This document shows positions 48,360 to 58,301 of a stretch of 64,000 bases of DNA, in pieces. Made by a program: the position numbers and the translations under genes. Source of the DNA: Terrimicrobiaceae bacterium (GTDB lineage: Bacteria > Verrucomicrobiota > Verrucomicrobiia > Chthoniobacterales > Terrimicrobiaceae); the NCBI GenBank assembly GCA_044342325.1, contig JBIIPZ010000009.1, positions 19,924-83,923 of the forward strand, written 5' to 3'. The stretch's first letter is position 1. Every line of letters starts with the position of its first letter. The notes below the pieces were generated by a model, which saw nothing but the letters and a program-made list of their open reading frames with translations, was not told where the DNA came from and ran no database searches.

Positions 48360-49535
48360 ATGAAGCCTCCCACGCTGTCCTTCAATAATCCCTTCTTCTG
48401 CTCAGTCCTGGTCGTGTCGGCCATGCTGTGCCTCCTTTCGTTTGTTTACGCCGAGACGGACAACGCGTTATGTCTCACCCCCTCGTCGCGGGCGGGAGCG
48501 CTTGCTGCAATCAGCGCCCCTGAAACCTCGAAGTGGCCTGAAAAACCTTGGCCGCAAGGAATGGTTTGGATTCCAGCCGGTGAGTTCGAGATGGGTGGAG
48601 TCGGGCCCGAAGCGCGGGCCGACGAGTTTCCCGTCCACTGCGTGAAGGTCGATGGATTCTGGCTGGATGCCACCGAAGTCTCCAACGCCGAGTTCCGCCG
48701 ATTCGTCGAAGCAACGGGATATGTCACCACAGCAGAGAAAAAGCCCGACTGGGAGGAGATCAAAAAACAACTCCCGCCCGGAACGCCGAAGCCAGACGAC
48801 TCGGTTTTCGTGCCTGGATCCCTGGTTTTCAAATCCCCGCGAGGCCCCGTGCCGCTCAACAACCACTCTCATTGGTGGGAATGGGTTCAGGGTGCGGATT
48901 GGAAACATCCCCAAGGGCCCGCGAGCAGCCTTTCTGAAAAGGAAGACAACCTGCCGGTGGTGCATGTTTCCTGGGACGATGCAGTGGCCTATTGCAAGTG
49001 GCTCGGGAAACGACTGCCCACCGAGGCGGAATGGGAATTTGCGTCACTCGGGGGGATGTCGGCGCGCCGCTTCACTTGGGGCAACGAGCCGCCTTCGGAA
49101 AAATTTCTCCCTGCGAATCTTTGGCAGGGCGAATTCCCACACAATCCGAAGCCGCTTGATGGATATCTCCTCTCGGCTCCCGTGGATTCTGACAAACCCA
49201 ACGCCTACGGCCTACACCACATGATTGGAAATGTGTGGGAGTGGTGCGCGGACTGGTATCGCGCGGATACCTACAAAAATCGGGCCGCCAGCGGCGAGAC
49301 GAGCATCAACCCGAAAGGCCCCGCTGACAGCCTCGATCCCGACGAGCCAAGTGTGCCGAAGCGCGTGACGCGCGGCGGCTCCTTTCTCTGCGACGCCTCT
49401 TATTGCGCGAGCTACCGGTCTGCAGCGCGCATGAAAACAAGCCCCGACACCGGCATGATCCACTCGGGATTCCGCGCCGCCATGTCGGACACCGATTGGC
49501 GCGAGCGGACCGCAAAGCAAAATCCAACGGAGTGA
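48360..49535 (+). CDS. Formylglycine-generating enzyme (sulfatase-modifying factor)
   Basis: PVVHVSWDDA, RLPTEAEWE, MIGNVWEW, RGGSFLCDASYC (CxxxxC active site), SGFR. Confidence 0.92.
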   Translation: MKPPTLSFNNPFFCSVLVVSAMLCLLSFVYAETDNALCLTPSSRAGALAAISAPETSKWPEKPWPQGMVWIPAGEFEMGGVGPEARADEFPVHCVKVDGFWLDATEVSNAEFRRFVEATGYVTTAEKKPDWEEIKKQLPPGTPKPDDSVFVPGSLVFKSPRGPVPLNNHSHWWEWVQGADWKHPQGPASSLSEKEDNLPVVHVSWDDAVAYCKWLGKRLPTEAEWEFASLGGMSARRFTWGNEPPSEKFLPANLWQGEFPHNPKPLDGYLLSAPVDSDKPNAYGLHHMIGNVWEWCADWYRADTYKNRAASGETSINPKGPADSLDPDEPSVPKRVTRGGSFLCDASYCASYRSAARMKTSPDTGMIHSGFRAAMSDTDWRERTAKQNPTE

Positions 49536-49628
49536 GCACACCGTCTCCAGCCCGCACTCAGCGATCATGCCAACCGGAATCCCCATCCCTTTTTTAGCCG
49601 GATTTTTCTCTACCAAACACAACCCATT

Positions 49629-50633
49629 ATGCCCTGCCTCGACAAACCACTTGCTGAACTGAAGACCTACACCGGCACCAACCCGAAGCCTGCTGACTTT
49701 GATGAATACTGGCTCCGCGCCTTGCGCGAACTCGATGCGACCGATCCCGCACCTGAACTCAAGCGCACCGATGCCATCTCGCCTGCGCACAGCGAGGCCT
49801 TTGACCTGACATTCACCGGCATCGGCGGAGCGCGCATTTATGCCAAATATGTGCGACCAAAAAGTGCAGCACGCAAACATCCCGCGATTCTGGAATTCCA
49901 CGGCTACGCAGGGAACAGTGGCGACTGGGCTGACAAGTTGCGCTACTCGGGTGAGGACGTCGCCGTGGCAGCGATGGATTGCCGTGGGCAGGGAGGACGC
50001 AGCGAGGATGTAGGCGGCACCAAGGGCAACACCCTTAATGGCCACATCATTCGCGGCCTCTCCGAAGGCCCGGAGAAACTTCTCTACCGATCGATCTACC
50101 TTGATACCGTCCAACTCGCCCGCGTGGTGGCTTCATTTGATGAGGTCGATGATTCACGGTTGGCCACAAGCGGCGCCTCGCAAGGCGGCGCGCTCTCGAT
50201 CGCCTGTGCCGCACTCGAGCCCCGTATCGCCCGATGTGTGTCCGTGTATCCCTTTCTATCCGACTTCCAACGTGTGTGGGAAATGGACCTGGCGAAGGAC
50301 GCCTACGCGGAGTTGAAGTCTTATTTCCGCCACTTCGACCCACTCTCCAAGAACCGGGCTGCTCTATTCGAAACACTCGGCTACATCGATGTCCACCACC
50401 TCGCGCCACGCATAAAAGCAGAGGCGGTGGTGGCGCTCACACTTCAAGATCCCATCTGTCCGCCATCGACGCAATTTGCCGTTTTCAACAATATCCGTTC
50501 CAAGAAAACGCCGATCGTTTACGAGGATTTCAGCCACGAGGGTTTGCCCGGCCTCACCGATGCGACCTTCGGGTTTCTGACTTTCCAGGACCTAAACAAC
50601 CTATCAGCTGTGGATCCACACAATCACAGCTGA
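49629..50633 (+). CDS. CE7 acetyl xylan esterase / cephalosporin-C deacetylase
   Basis: PADFDEYW, FHGY, RGQ, GASQGG, DPICPPSTQFA, HE. Confidence 0.93.
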   Translation: MPCLDKPLAELKTYTGTNPKPADFDEYWLRALRELDATDPAPELKRTDAISPAHSEAFDLTFTGIGGARIYAKYVRPKSAARKHPAILEFHGYAGNSGDWADKLRYSGEDVAVAAMDCRGQGGRSEDVGGTKGNTLNGHIIRGLSEGPEKLLYRSIYLDTVQLARVVASFDEVDDSRLATSGASQGGALSIACAALEPRIARCVSVYPFLSDFQRVWEMDLAKDAYAELKSYFRHFDPLSKNRAALFETLGYIDVHHLAPRIKAEAVVALTLQDPICPPSTQFAVFNNIRSKKTPIVYEDFSHEGLPGLTDATFGFLTFQDLNNLSAVDPHNHS

Positions 50634-50647
50634 TCCGCAAGCACCTG

Positions 50648-50899
50648 ATGAACCGAATTCACCAACTAAGCTTTGCGATGTATTTCCGCGCCTACCTTGC
50701 ACAGGTCCACCGTGCTATGGCTGAAGGCTATCCGGTCATTGGTTATTTCCCATGGAGCCTGCTCGACAACTTCGAGTTGATGGATGACTACTCAAAGCGC
50801 TTCGGTATGGTCCGCGTGGATTACGAAACACAGAAGCGCACCCCGAAGCTCAGCTACAACTGGTATCGCGAAACAATCCGCCAAAACCGCATTGCATGA
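50648..50899 (+). pseudogene. C-terminal fragment of a GH1 beta-glucosidase
   Basis: GYFPWSLLDNFE...YSKRFGMVRVDYETQKRTPKLSYNWY; the catalytic NEP and ENG regions are absent. Confidence 0.85.
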
Positions 50900-51732
50900 G
50901 CTGCCTCCATAATAGAGCTGGTCGAAGCCAGAAGGCTCTCGGTGTTTTCGCGGTTCTTGCATTCCTTCCAATCCTCAGTGCCTCGGGCACTGATCTTGTT
51001 CCCCAATCCAAGGACCACTACGCCTCGAAAACAACGGCCCATGTGCATTCCAATCCGCAGGGGAAAACTATGCCTTTTCGCTTGTATGCGCCCTCGCAGG
51101 TTGAGCCGGGTAAGACCTACCCGCTAGTTGTCTCGCTGCACGGAGCAGGATCGCGCGGGGATGACAATTTCAAGCACCTAGTTCCTTGGGTCGCTGGCTG
51201 GACGGCGGACGAGGTTCAAAAAGACCACCCCTGCTTCATCGTCATGCCACAGACAAAAATGCAGTGGGTGCCGGTCGCTTTTAACAACGGTTCCTATTCA
51301 TTGGATAAAAGGCCGCCGAGCGAGTCGATCGTGCTGCTGAAGGAAATTGTCGATACCTTGCTGGCTACGCAACCCATCGATCGCAGCCGCATCTATGTGG
51401 TTGGCACCTCCATGGGTGGTTACGGCGCGTGGGATTTTGTCCTGCGAAACCCAGACCTGCCTGCCGCTGTGGTTGTTTTCTGCGGAGCTGGTGATCCCTC
51501 CGCTGTGGATCGTTTCAAGAATGTTCCGGTCTGGGCGTTTCACGGCGATCAGGACAAGGTGGTCCCTGTTTCGGGATCCACCAACATGATCGAGGCGATG
51601 AAATCCGCTGGTGCTGCTGACGCACGACTTACGCTTTACGAAGGAGTCGGCCACGATGCCTACACAAAGTCATGGAAGCATCCGGGGCTTGTGGATTGGC
51701 TCTTCCAGCAGCGAAAGGCTGGGAAGGACTAA
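50896..51732 (+). CDS. Alpha/beta hydrolase (COG4099-like carboxylesterase/peptidase)
   Basis: YPLVVSLHGAGSRG, GTSMGG, FHGDQDKVV, GHD. Confidence 0.85.
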   Translation: MSCLHNRAGRSQKALGVFAVLAFLPILSASGTDLVPQSKDHYASKTTAHVHSNPQGKTMPFRLYAPSQVEPGKTYPLVVSLHGAGSRGDDNFKHLVPWVAGWTADEVQKDHPCFIVMPQTKMQWVPVAFNNGSYSLDKRPPSESIVLLKEIVDTLLATQPIDRSRIYVVGTSMGGYGAWDFVLRNPDLPAAVVVFCGAGDPSAVDRFKNVPVWAFHGDQDKVVPVSGSTNMIEAMKSAGAADARLTLYEGVGHDAYTKSWKHPGLVDWLFQQRKAGKD

Positions 51733-51735
51733 ATC

Positions 51736-53175
51736 TCACCCCGCCTCGTCGAGTTGATAGATCGGCTCGATGTAAGGGTAATCCCTATCCTTGGTGGTGA
51801 GAGCCTTGGGATTCGGTGAAACTGCTGGTGTGCGCCGCTCCGAGCCCTTGATACCAAGCCGTGAGTCGCCGAGTTCTTTGCGGATTCCGTCCATGGCGGC
51901 GACGAGGCGTTTGACCACTTCGGGATTTTCCGCAGCGAGGTCTCGGGATTCGGCGGGATCTGTGGAGAGATCGTAAAGTTCGAGCCTGTTGGGGTCTGAA
52001 TTTTTCCCGGCATCGAAGGCATGGCGAAGCTTCCACTTGCCGGAGCGAACGCCTTGGAGTTCGGCTTGTTTGAAATAGAAGAAGTGCTCGCGAGGGGAGT
52101 GGGCATCCTTTTCACCGCGCCAGACGGGAAGCAGATTTGCGCCGTCATGCTTCGGGACTTCGCTGGTGTCATGGCCAACAAGCGAGGCGAGAGTTGGGTA
52201 GAAATCCATCGCCGTGGCCAATTCCCCGCTGACGGTTCCCGCCGGGATTCCTGCGGGCCAGCGGACGATGCACGGCACCCTCATGCCGCCTTCCCAGGTT
52301 TGCCCCTTGTGACCACGCAGCGGCGCGTTGCTCCCGCCCTCGCCTTTGGTCCGGCTACCATTGTCGGAGGTGAAAATCACGATGGTGTTCTCATCGATTC
52401 CGAGGCGCTTGAGTTCGTCCATGATCGCACCGGTGCTCCAATCCACAGCGGCGAGCGCCGCGCCGTAGCGGCCGTTGCGGGAGTTCGAGGTGAACGGCTC
52501 CATGACATAGTGTGGCAGGTGCACATGGATATGTGGGAGATAGAGGAAGAAAGGCTTGTCGCGGTTGTCTCGAATAAACGAAATCGCCTCCTCGGTGAAG
52601 CGCTCGATCAAAGCGGCTTGGGTTGGCTGTTGCTGAACCACCGTCTCGTTTCGCACGAGCGGCAGTGGGGGGTAGTCCTTCCGGGCCACCGAAATCCCCA
52701 TGTCGTTGCTGTAGGGAATCCCGTAATACGAGTCGAAGCCGTGCCGTGTGGGTAAATGTTCGGGTTGGTCGCCGAGGTGCCATTTTCCCACCATCCCTGT
52801 GGCGTAGCCTTTTTCCTTCAGCAACTCCGGAAGCAGTCGCTCGCTGGGATTCAAGCCCTCGGCATCGCCTGGGAAGAGCACCGGCAGGTTCTTGTTTTTG
52901 CCGAACACATCGAAGCCAACGCGACCGGGATAGCATCCGCTCAACAAGGCCGCCCGCGATGGAGTGCAAACCGGGCTCGCCGAGTAATAGTCGGTGAACC
53001 GCATGCCTTCCTTTGCAAGGCGGTCGATTTGCGGCGTGTCATTGACCTTCGAACCGTAACATCCGAGATCACCGTAGCCGAGGTCGTCCACATTGATGAG
53101 CACGATATTGGGAGTTTCCGCATGGGAAGCGGTCACGAGGCTGAGCAGGATGGCGAGAAGGCGAGATATCTTCAT
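51736..53175 (-). CDS. Arylsulfatase A-like Cys-type sulfatase
   Basis: PNIVLINVDDLG, CTPSR, GKWHLG, GIPYSNDM, WEGGMRVP. Confidence 0.94.
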   Translation of the reverse strand: MKISRLLAILLSLVTASHAETPNIVLINVDDLGYGDLGCYGSKVNDTPQIDRLAKEGMRFTDYYSASPVCTPSRAALLSGCYPGRVGFDVFGKNKNLPVLFPGDAEGLNPSERLLPELLKEKGYATGMVGKWHLGDQPEHLPTRHGFDSYYGIPYSNDMGISVARKDYPPLPLVRNETVVQQQPTQAALIERFTEEAISFIRDNRDKPFFLYLPHIHVHLPHYVMEPFTSNSRNGRYGAALAAVDWSTGAIMDELKRLGIDENTIVIFTSDNGSRTKGEGGSNAPLRGHKGQTWEGGMRVPCIVRWPAGIPAGTVSGELATAMDFYPTLASLVGHDTSEVPKHDGANLLPVWRGEKDAHSPREHFFYFKQAELQGVRSGKWKLRHAFDAGKNSDPNRLELYDLSTDPAESRDLAAENPEVVKRLVAAMDGIRKELGDSRLGIKGSERRTPAVSPNPKALTTKDRDYPYIEPIYQLDEAG

Positions 53176-53201
53176 GGCGGATATTCACAAAATCGTTGGC
53201 G

Positions 53202-53230
53202 TTGATTCATAATGCAATCATTTGTATTAT
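53202..53230 (+). promoter_or_regulatory. Sigma70 promoter TTGATT-17-TATTAT overlapped by operator ATGCAATCATTTGTAT (53212-53227)
   Basis: Exact 17-nt spacing; the palindrome occupies the spacer in the 61-nt divergent gap between two sulfatases. Confidence 0.68.
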
Positions 53231-53236
53231 GTCTCT

Positions 53237-54613
53237 ATGCCATCTATTCCCTCTCATCCCGTCTTGATAAAAATTGGCACCCTCGCCGCCATTGCATCTA
53301 CCGTGCTTGGCCTCGGCACAGCTTCTGCCGAGTCCACCAATCCGTCCCGCCCTAACATCGTTGTGATCCTTGCGGACGATCTGGGAGCCGAGGCGCTCGG
53401 ATGTTACGGTGGAGTGGAATTCCTTGGAGAAAAAGGCAAGGTGTTAGGCTCAGTAAAAACTCCCAACCTCGATGCCATGGCAGCCAACGGCATTCGTTTC
53501 GCCAAAGCCTATGCAACCCCCGTTTGCTCTCCTTCCCGCGCCCAGCTTCTCACCGGGAAATACAATGATCGGGTCGGCTTTCACGACATCCTCGGCCGGA
53601 ATGGTGCCGCTCGGGAACTCGATAGCAAGTCGCACCCCACGATTGCCAACCTTTTGCAGTCGGCAGGCTACATGACGGGTGCGGTGGGCAAGTGGCACAT
53701 CGGCCCCCTTACGAATCTGAAAAATGTCCAAACCAATACCGGTGCCGACACGAGTGTCGCCCATGTCCGCGCATGCGGATTCGAACGACAATACATGGTT
53801 CCTGGTGCGCATCTCCGCGAATACGGCGAACCTGTCGAAGGGAAATACACGCCCGATCTCATGGACGCCTGGGCGTTCCGCTTCATGAGCGAGGCGAAAA
53901 CGGCCGGGAAACCATTTTTCCTCTACTACGCATCGCCGCTTCCGCACTTCCCCTATTGGCCGACCCCGCTGAATCCTGACGGGCCGCGCGGCGAACCCGG
54001 GAACAAAAAGGAAGAGATGTATGGGGACATGGCCAACTTTCCCTTTCTTGTCGAATACCTCGACAAGGAGGTTGGGAAAATTCTCGCAAAACTCAAGGAG
54101 CTCGGCCTGTGCGAAAATACGCTCGTTCTCTTTGCCGGTGACAATGGCACGCCTCCTTGGGTGGTGACCCAAATGAAGAACGGTCGCAACATTCCCTTTG
54201 GAAAGGGCACGATGAAAGAAACGGGCTCCTGGGTGCCTCTTATTGCGAGTTGGCCTGCCGTGATCCAATCGGGGGCTGTCTATGACGGGGTGGTGGATTT
54301 CAGCGACATCCTTCCGACCTGTTTGTCAGTGGCCGGAGTCCAGCTTCCCAAAGACATCAATGGAATGAGCTTTGCACCCGTTTTGGAGGGAAATGGAAAG
54401 TCTCCCCGCGAATGGGTGCACAGCCTCTACAACAAGGAATACTTCGTGCGAAATGCCGGCTGGAAACTTCGTGAGAACGGTGAGCTTTACGACATGAGCG
54501 ACGCGCCCTACTCGGAGAAATTGGTGAAGCCCGAGGATGAGACGCCCGAATCCAAAGCAGCCCGCGAGGCACTGGCAGCGGTGGCCGCCAAGCTGCATCC
54601 GGCGACTCCTTGA
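53237..54613 (+). CDS. Cys-type sulfatase, secreted
   Basis: PNIVVILADDLG, CSPSRAQLLTG, GKWHIG, GDNG. Confidence 0.92.
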   Translation: MPSIPSHPVLIKIGTLAAIASTVLGLGTASAESTNPSRPNIVVILADDLGAEALGCYGGVEFLGEKGKVLGSVKTPNLDAMAANGIRFAKAYATPVCSPSRAQLLTGKYNDRVGFHDILGRNGAARELDSKSHPTIANLLQSAGYMTGAVGKWHIGPLTNLKNVQTNTGADTSVAHVRACGFERQYMVPGAHLREYGEPVEGKYTPDLMDAWAFRFMSEAKTAGKPFFLYYASPLPHFPYWPTPLNPDGPRGEPGNKKEEMYGDMANFPFLVEYLDKEVGKILAKLKELGLCENTLVLFAGDNGTPPWVVTQMKNGRNIPFGKGTMKETGSWVPLIASWPAVIQSGAVYDGVVDFSDILPTCLSVAGVQLPKDINGMSFAPVLEGNGKSPREWVHSLYNKEYFVRNAGWKLRENGELYDMSDAPYSEKLVKPEDETPESKAAREALAAVAAKLHPATP

Positions 54614-54636
54614 ACTCACTCCTGAACCAAAAATCA

Positions 54637-56295
54637 ATGAAACCACTCCGACCAACCCAGACAGCCCTTTTTGCCATGGCACTACTCGCATCCGCCACAA
54701 TCTCTCACGCTGCCGTCCTCGACCCGGCGACCTTCAAACCGCTCGTCGAGCAATTCAACGCGGATGACAACGAACTCTACAAAAATGCCATCCCCAACGC
54801 CGAGGCGTGGGATTTCCTGGCGGCGAATGTTCCGCTGTTCGAATGCCCCGACAAGGAATTTGAAAAAACCTACTGGTTCCGCTGGTGGACCTACCGCAAG
54901 CACCTCAAAAAAACTCCCGTCGGCTGGGTGGTAACGGAGTTTGCCCCCGGCGTCTCATGGGCCGGTCGCTTCAACACCATCAACATGGCAGCGGAACTCC
55001 ACCTCGCCGAAGGCCGCTGGCTCCGGGATCCGCAATATCTCGACGACTACTCGCGTTTCTGGTTCGGCGTGGGCGAAAAGGGTTCGCTGGTCTATACCAA
55101 CTGGCTCGCCGATGGCATCTGGAAGCGCGCCGCCGTGTCGGGCGATACCACTTTGCCTGTAGGCTTGCTCGACCAATTGATCGCCCAGCAGCAACGCTGG
55201 GATGATGGCAAGGCGGGGAGAGGAGTCCATATGGTCGGCCGCAGGGACAACGGACTTTACTACACAATCGATCACTTCGACGGCTCCGAGATGTCCATCG
55301 GAGGCCATGGATTTCGCCCGCTCACCAACGCCGCCGCGTATGGAAACATGATGGCCATCGCAGACATCGCCTCCGCCGCTGGGCGCCAGGATGTGGCCGA
55401 TGATTATCGGGCCCGCGCAGCCAAGCTTAAGGAGTTGGTTCAATCCAAACTCTGGGACCCGCAAATGCAATTTTTCACCGTGCTCCGCGAGGACGAGTCC
55501 AAGCGCAGCGATGTGCGGGAACTTTGGGGCTATGCTCCATGGATGTTCCACCTGCCCGATCCGGGCTACGAAGCGGGCTGGAAAGAACTCGACGACCCCA
55601 AGGGATTCAAGGCGCCTTACGGCCCGACATTTCCCGAGCAGCGGCATCCGCAATTCACCCTTTCCTACAAAGGACACGCATGCCAATGGAACGGTCCTTC
55701 CTGGCCCCTCGCCACCTCGATCACGCTCACCGCGCTGGCCAATCTGCTCAACGACTACGATCAGCAGACCATTTCCAAAAAAGTCTTCTACGACACGCTG
55801 CAAACCTATGCAAAATCCCACCGATTCCAACGCGAGGACGGCAAGGTCGTTCCATGGATCGATGAAAATATCCACCCCTACACCGGCGATTGGATTGCAC
55901 GAACCATGCTCATCGAGCAAAGGAAAAACCCAAAACTCGATCCCAAAAAAAAGCCGGATGAGGAACGCGGCAAGGACTACAACCACTCCACCTTCTGCGA
56001 CCTCGTCATCACCGGCCTCGTCGGCATCCGCCCCCGCCATGACAACAAACTCGTGGTGAACCCCCTGTTACCCGAAGGAACATGGGACTGGTTCTGCCTC
56101 GACCGCGTGCCCTACCACGGCCACGAACTCACCGTGATCTGGGATCGCGACGGCAAAAAATACAACCGTGGAGCCGGGTTCCAACTCCTCATCGACGGCC
56201 AGCGCGTTGCCCACTCCCGCAAACTCTCAAAACTCGAAGCTGTCCTCCAGCCACCAACTCCCGCAGGCCTCGATTCGAGTTCAAACGCCAATTAA
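54637..56295 (+). CDS. Six-hairpin glycoside hydrolase (MGH1/GH63-like; resembles GH142/GH121 beta-L-arabinofuranosidases)
   Basis: Signal peptide; PLFECPD..YWFRWWTYRKH, EGRWLRD, CQWNGPSWP, ERGKDYNHSTFCD. Exact family uncertain. Confidence 0.7.
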   Translation: MKPLRPTQTALFAMALLASATISHAAVLDPATFKPLVEQFNADDNELYKNAIPNAEAWDFLAANVPLFECPDKEFEKTYWFRWWTYRKHLKKTPVGWVVTEFAPGVSWAGRFNTINMAAELHLAEGRWLRDPQYLDDYSRFWFGVGEKGSLVYTNWLADGIWKRAAVSGDTTLPVGLLDQLIAQQQRWDDGKAGRGVHMVGRRDNGLYYTIDHFDGSEMSIGGHGFRPLTNAAAYGNMMAIADIASAAGRQDVADDYRARAAKLKELVQSKLWDPQMQFFTVLREDESKRSDVRELWGYAPWMFHLPDPGYEAGWKELDDPKGFKAPYGPTFPEQRHPQFTLSYKGHACQWNGPSWPLATSITLTALANLLNDYDQQTISKKVFYDTLQTYAKSHRFQREDGKVVPWIDENIHPYTGDWIARTMLIEQRKNPKLDPKKKPDEERGKDYNHSTFCDLVITGLVGIRPRHDNKLVVNPLLPEGTWDWFCLDRVPYHGHELTVIWDRDGKKYNRGAGFQLLIDGQRVAHSRKLSKLEAVLQPPTPAGLDSSSNAN

Positions 56296-56299
56296 AACT

Positions 56300-57998
56300 A
56301 TGCCACTCCGCCACACCCTGCTTTGCCTCGTTTTGGGATTTGGTGTTTGCAGCCAACCGTGCATCGCAGCCGATAAGCCAGCCTCGCCGAACATTCTCCT
56401 CATCCTCGCCGATGACCTCGGCTGGTCCGATATGGGCTGCTACGGAGGAGAAATCAAAACCCCGAATCTCGATGCCCTTGCCAAGGATGGAATTCGCTTT
56501 TCCCAGGCTTACAATTCCAGTCGGTGCTGTCCCACGCGGGCCAGTCTGCTGACGGGGCTGTATCCTCACCAGGCGGGGATCGGGCGTTTTGTGGGGCGGG
56601 GCAACGACATGCCTGGCTACCGAGGGAGATTGAATGAAAACACGGCGACCTTGGCGGAGGCTCTTAGAAAGGCGGGGTATGGCACTTACATGGTTGGCAA
56701 GTGGCATGTGAACGAGCCCGGCCCGACCAAGCGGGGGTTCGATGAGTTCTATGGATTTGTGCATGGGCACGGGCTGGATTCGTGGGAGCCGCGCATGATG
56801 ATCCGTCTGCCGGAGGGCCGTCCGGAGCGCGCCTATGGGGCGGGGGAATACTTTGCAACCGATGCCATGACCGACTACGCCTTGGATTTTTTGAACACCG
56901 CGCGCGCCGAGAAGGTGCCTTGGTTTTTATATGTCGCGTATCAGGCCCCGCACTTCCCTGTGCAGGCCCCGCCGGAACTCACCAAGAGTTATGTGTCGAC
57001 TTACGAAAAAGGCTGGGATGTGTTGCGCGCCGAGCGCATCGAGCGACTCAAGGCTCTGGGGCTCGTTCCAGCGTCAATCGAGGATCCAGGCCGCTCTCCG
57101 ATTGAAAATATCATGCTGGCTCGCAAGGCGGGGTCCACGACGAAGGATGGGAAAAACCCTGCCTGGGATTCGCTGGAGGCCAAGCGCCGTGCCGACCTCG
57201 CGCGGCGCATGGCGGTGTATGCGGCGATGGTCGAGAACATGGACGCCAATATCGGTCGCTTGGTCGCCGACCTGCGAAAAAGCGGGGAACTCGAAAATAC
57301 GCTCATCCTTTTCCTCAGCGACAACGGTGCGTGTGCCGAGTGGGAGCCGTTCGGGTTCGATCTGACCCCCGCCAACTACGCAAATCCCAAGGCGGGCCAT
57401 GGGGTGGATGGCAACACGACCCGCGAGCCGAACCGTTTGCACGAGGGCGAGGCGCTGGAAACACTCGGCGGCCCCGGCAGCCTGTTCAGCTACGGCAGCG
57501 CGTGGGCGAACCTTTGCAACACGCCGCTCTGGCTCTACAAGCACCATGCGCACGAGGGGGGGCATCCGCACGCCGATGATCGCGCATTGGCCCTCGCGAA
57601 TTCGCGACAAGGGGGCCATTGTCACGCAGGTTGCCCATGTCATGGATATCATGCCCACAGCTCTCCAGATCGTGCAGGCCGATTATCCGAAAGAGGCACC
57701 GGCCTTGGAGGGCGTGAGCCTGCTGCCGGCACTCGAAGGCACGCCATCCAACCCCCGCTCGCTTTTTTTCGAGCACGAGCGCAACGCCGCCCTGCGCGAG
57801 GGCGACTGGAAGCTTGTGGGGAAAGGCGCGCTGGTGCGTGACGGGATTCGGCCGAAAGTGAAGTGGGAACTTTACAATCTCGCCGACGACCCCAACGAAC
57901 AGAACAACCTCGCCGCCGCAGAGACCAAGCGTGTCAAGGAGATGGCCGACAGGCTCCTCGCCGAGGCCTGGCGCACCCACGCTTTGCCTTCGCCCTGA
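56300..57998 (+). pseudogene. Arylsulfatase with +1 frameshift in G7 run (57556-57562)
   Basis: PNILLILADDLG, CCPTR ... YKHHAHEGG, then continues in another frame as GIRTPMIAHWP...WELYNLADDPNE. Six G restores HEGGIRTP. Confidence 0.88.
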
Positions 57999-58049
57999 TA
58001 TCAAAACCATTCTCTCTCCTCTTCGCCCCGCAGGGTGGCAACAAGATAA

Positions 58050-58184
58050 CCCTACTTCGGCACCACCATCGTTCGCTTCGGCAACCGGATCGCCAAAGAA
58101 ATATTTTCTCTCGATGCAAAACATTTCCAACTGGCCAAGAACAGCGCCCTGGGCGGCATACCCTGCCAGTTCAGTGTGAAATAA
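58050..58184 (+). pseudogene. Aldose 1-epimerase (galM) remnant
   Basis: Frame reads PYFGTTIVRFGNRIAKEIFSLDAKHFQLAKNSALGGIPCQ, matching the GalM PYFGxxIGRxxNRIA..F.LDG..L..N signature; bounded by stops; LHGG missing. Confidence 0.7.
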
Positions 58185-58301
58185 GATTCCGCTTGGGGCG
58201 CGGAAGAAAAAAATTCATTTTCCGGGTTGCGCGTGTGGCAGGTGTTGCTTATCGTTTGCATGCGCGGTGAGGGAATTTCCTTTGTCGCTAACAAAACCAT
58301 T

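Noticed and set aside
50234..50647. 221-aa ORF 50234..50899 as a full gene
   Set aside because: The 5' two-thirds overlap the CE7 gene out of frame; only the GH1-like tail is meaningful.
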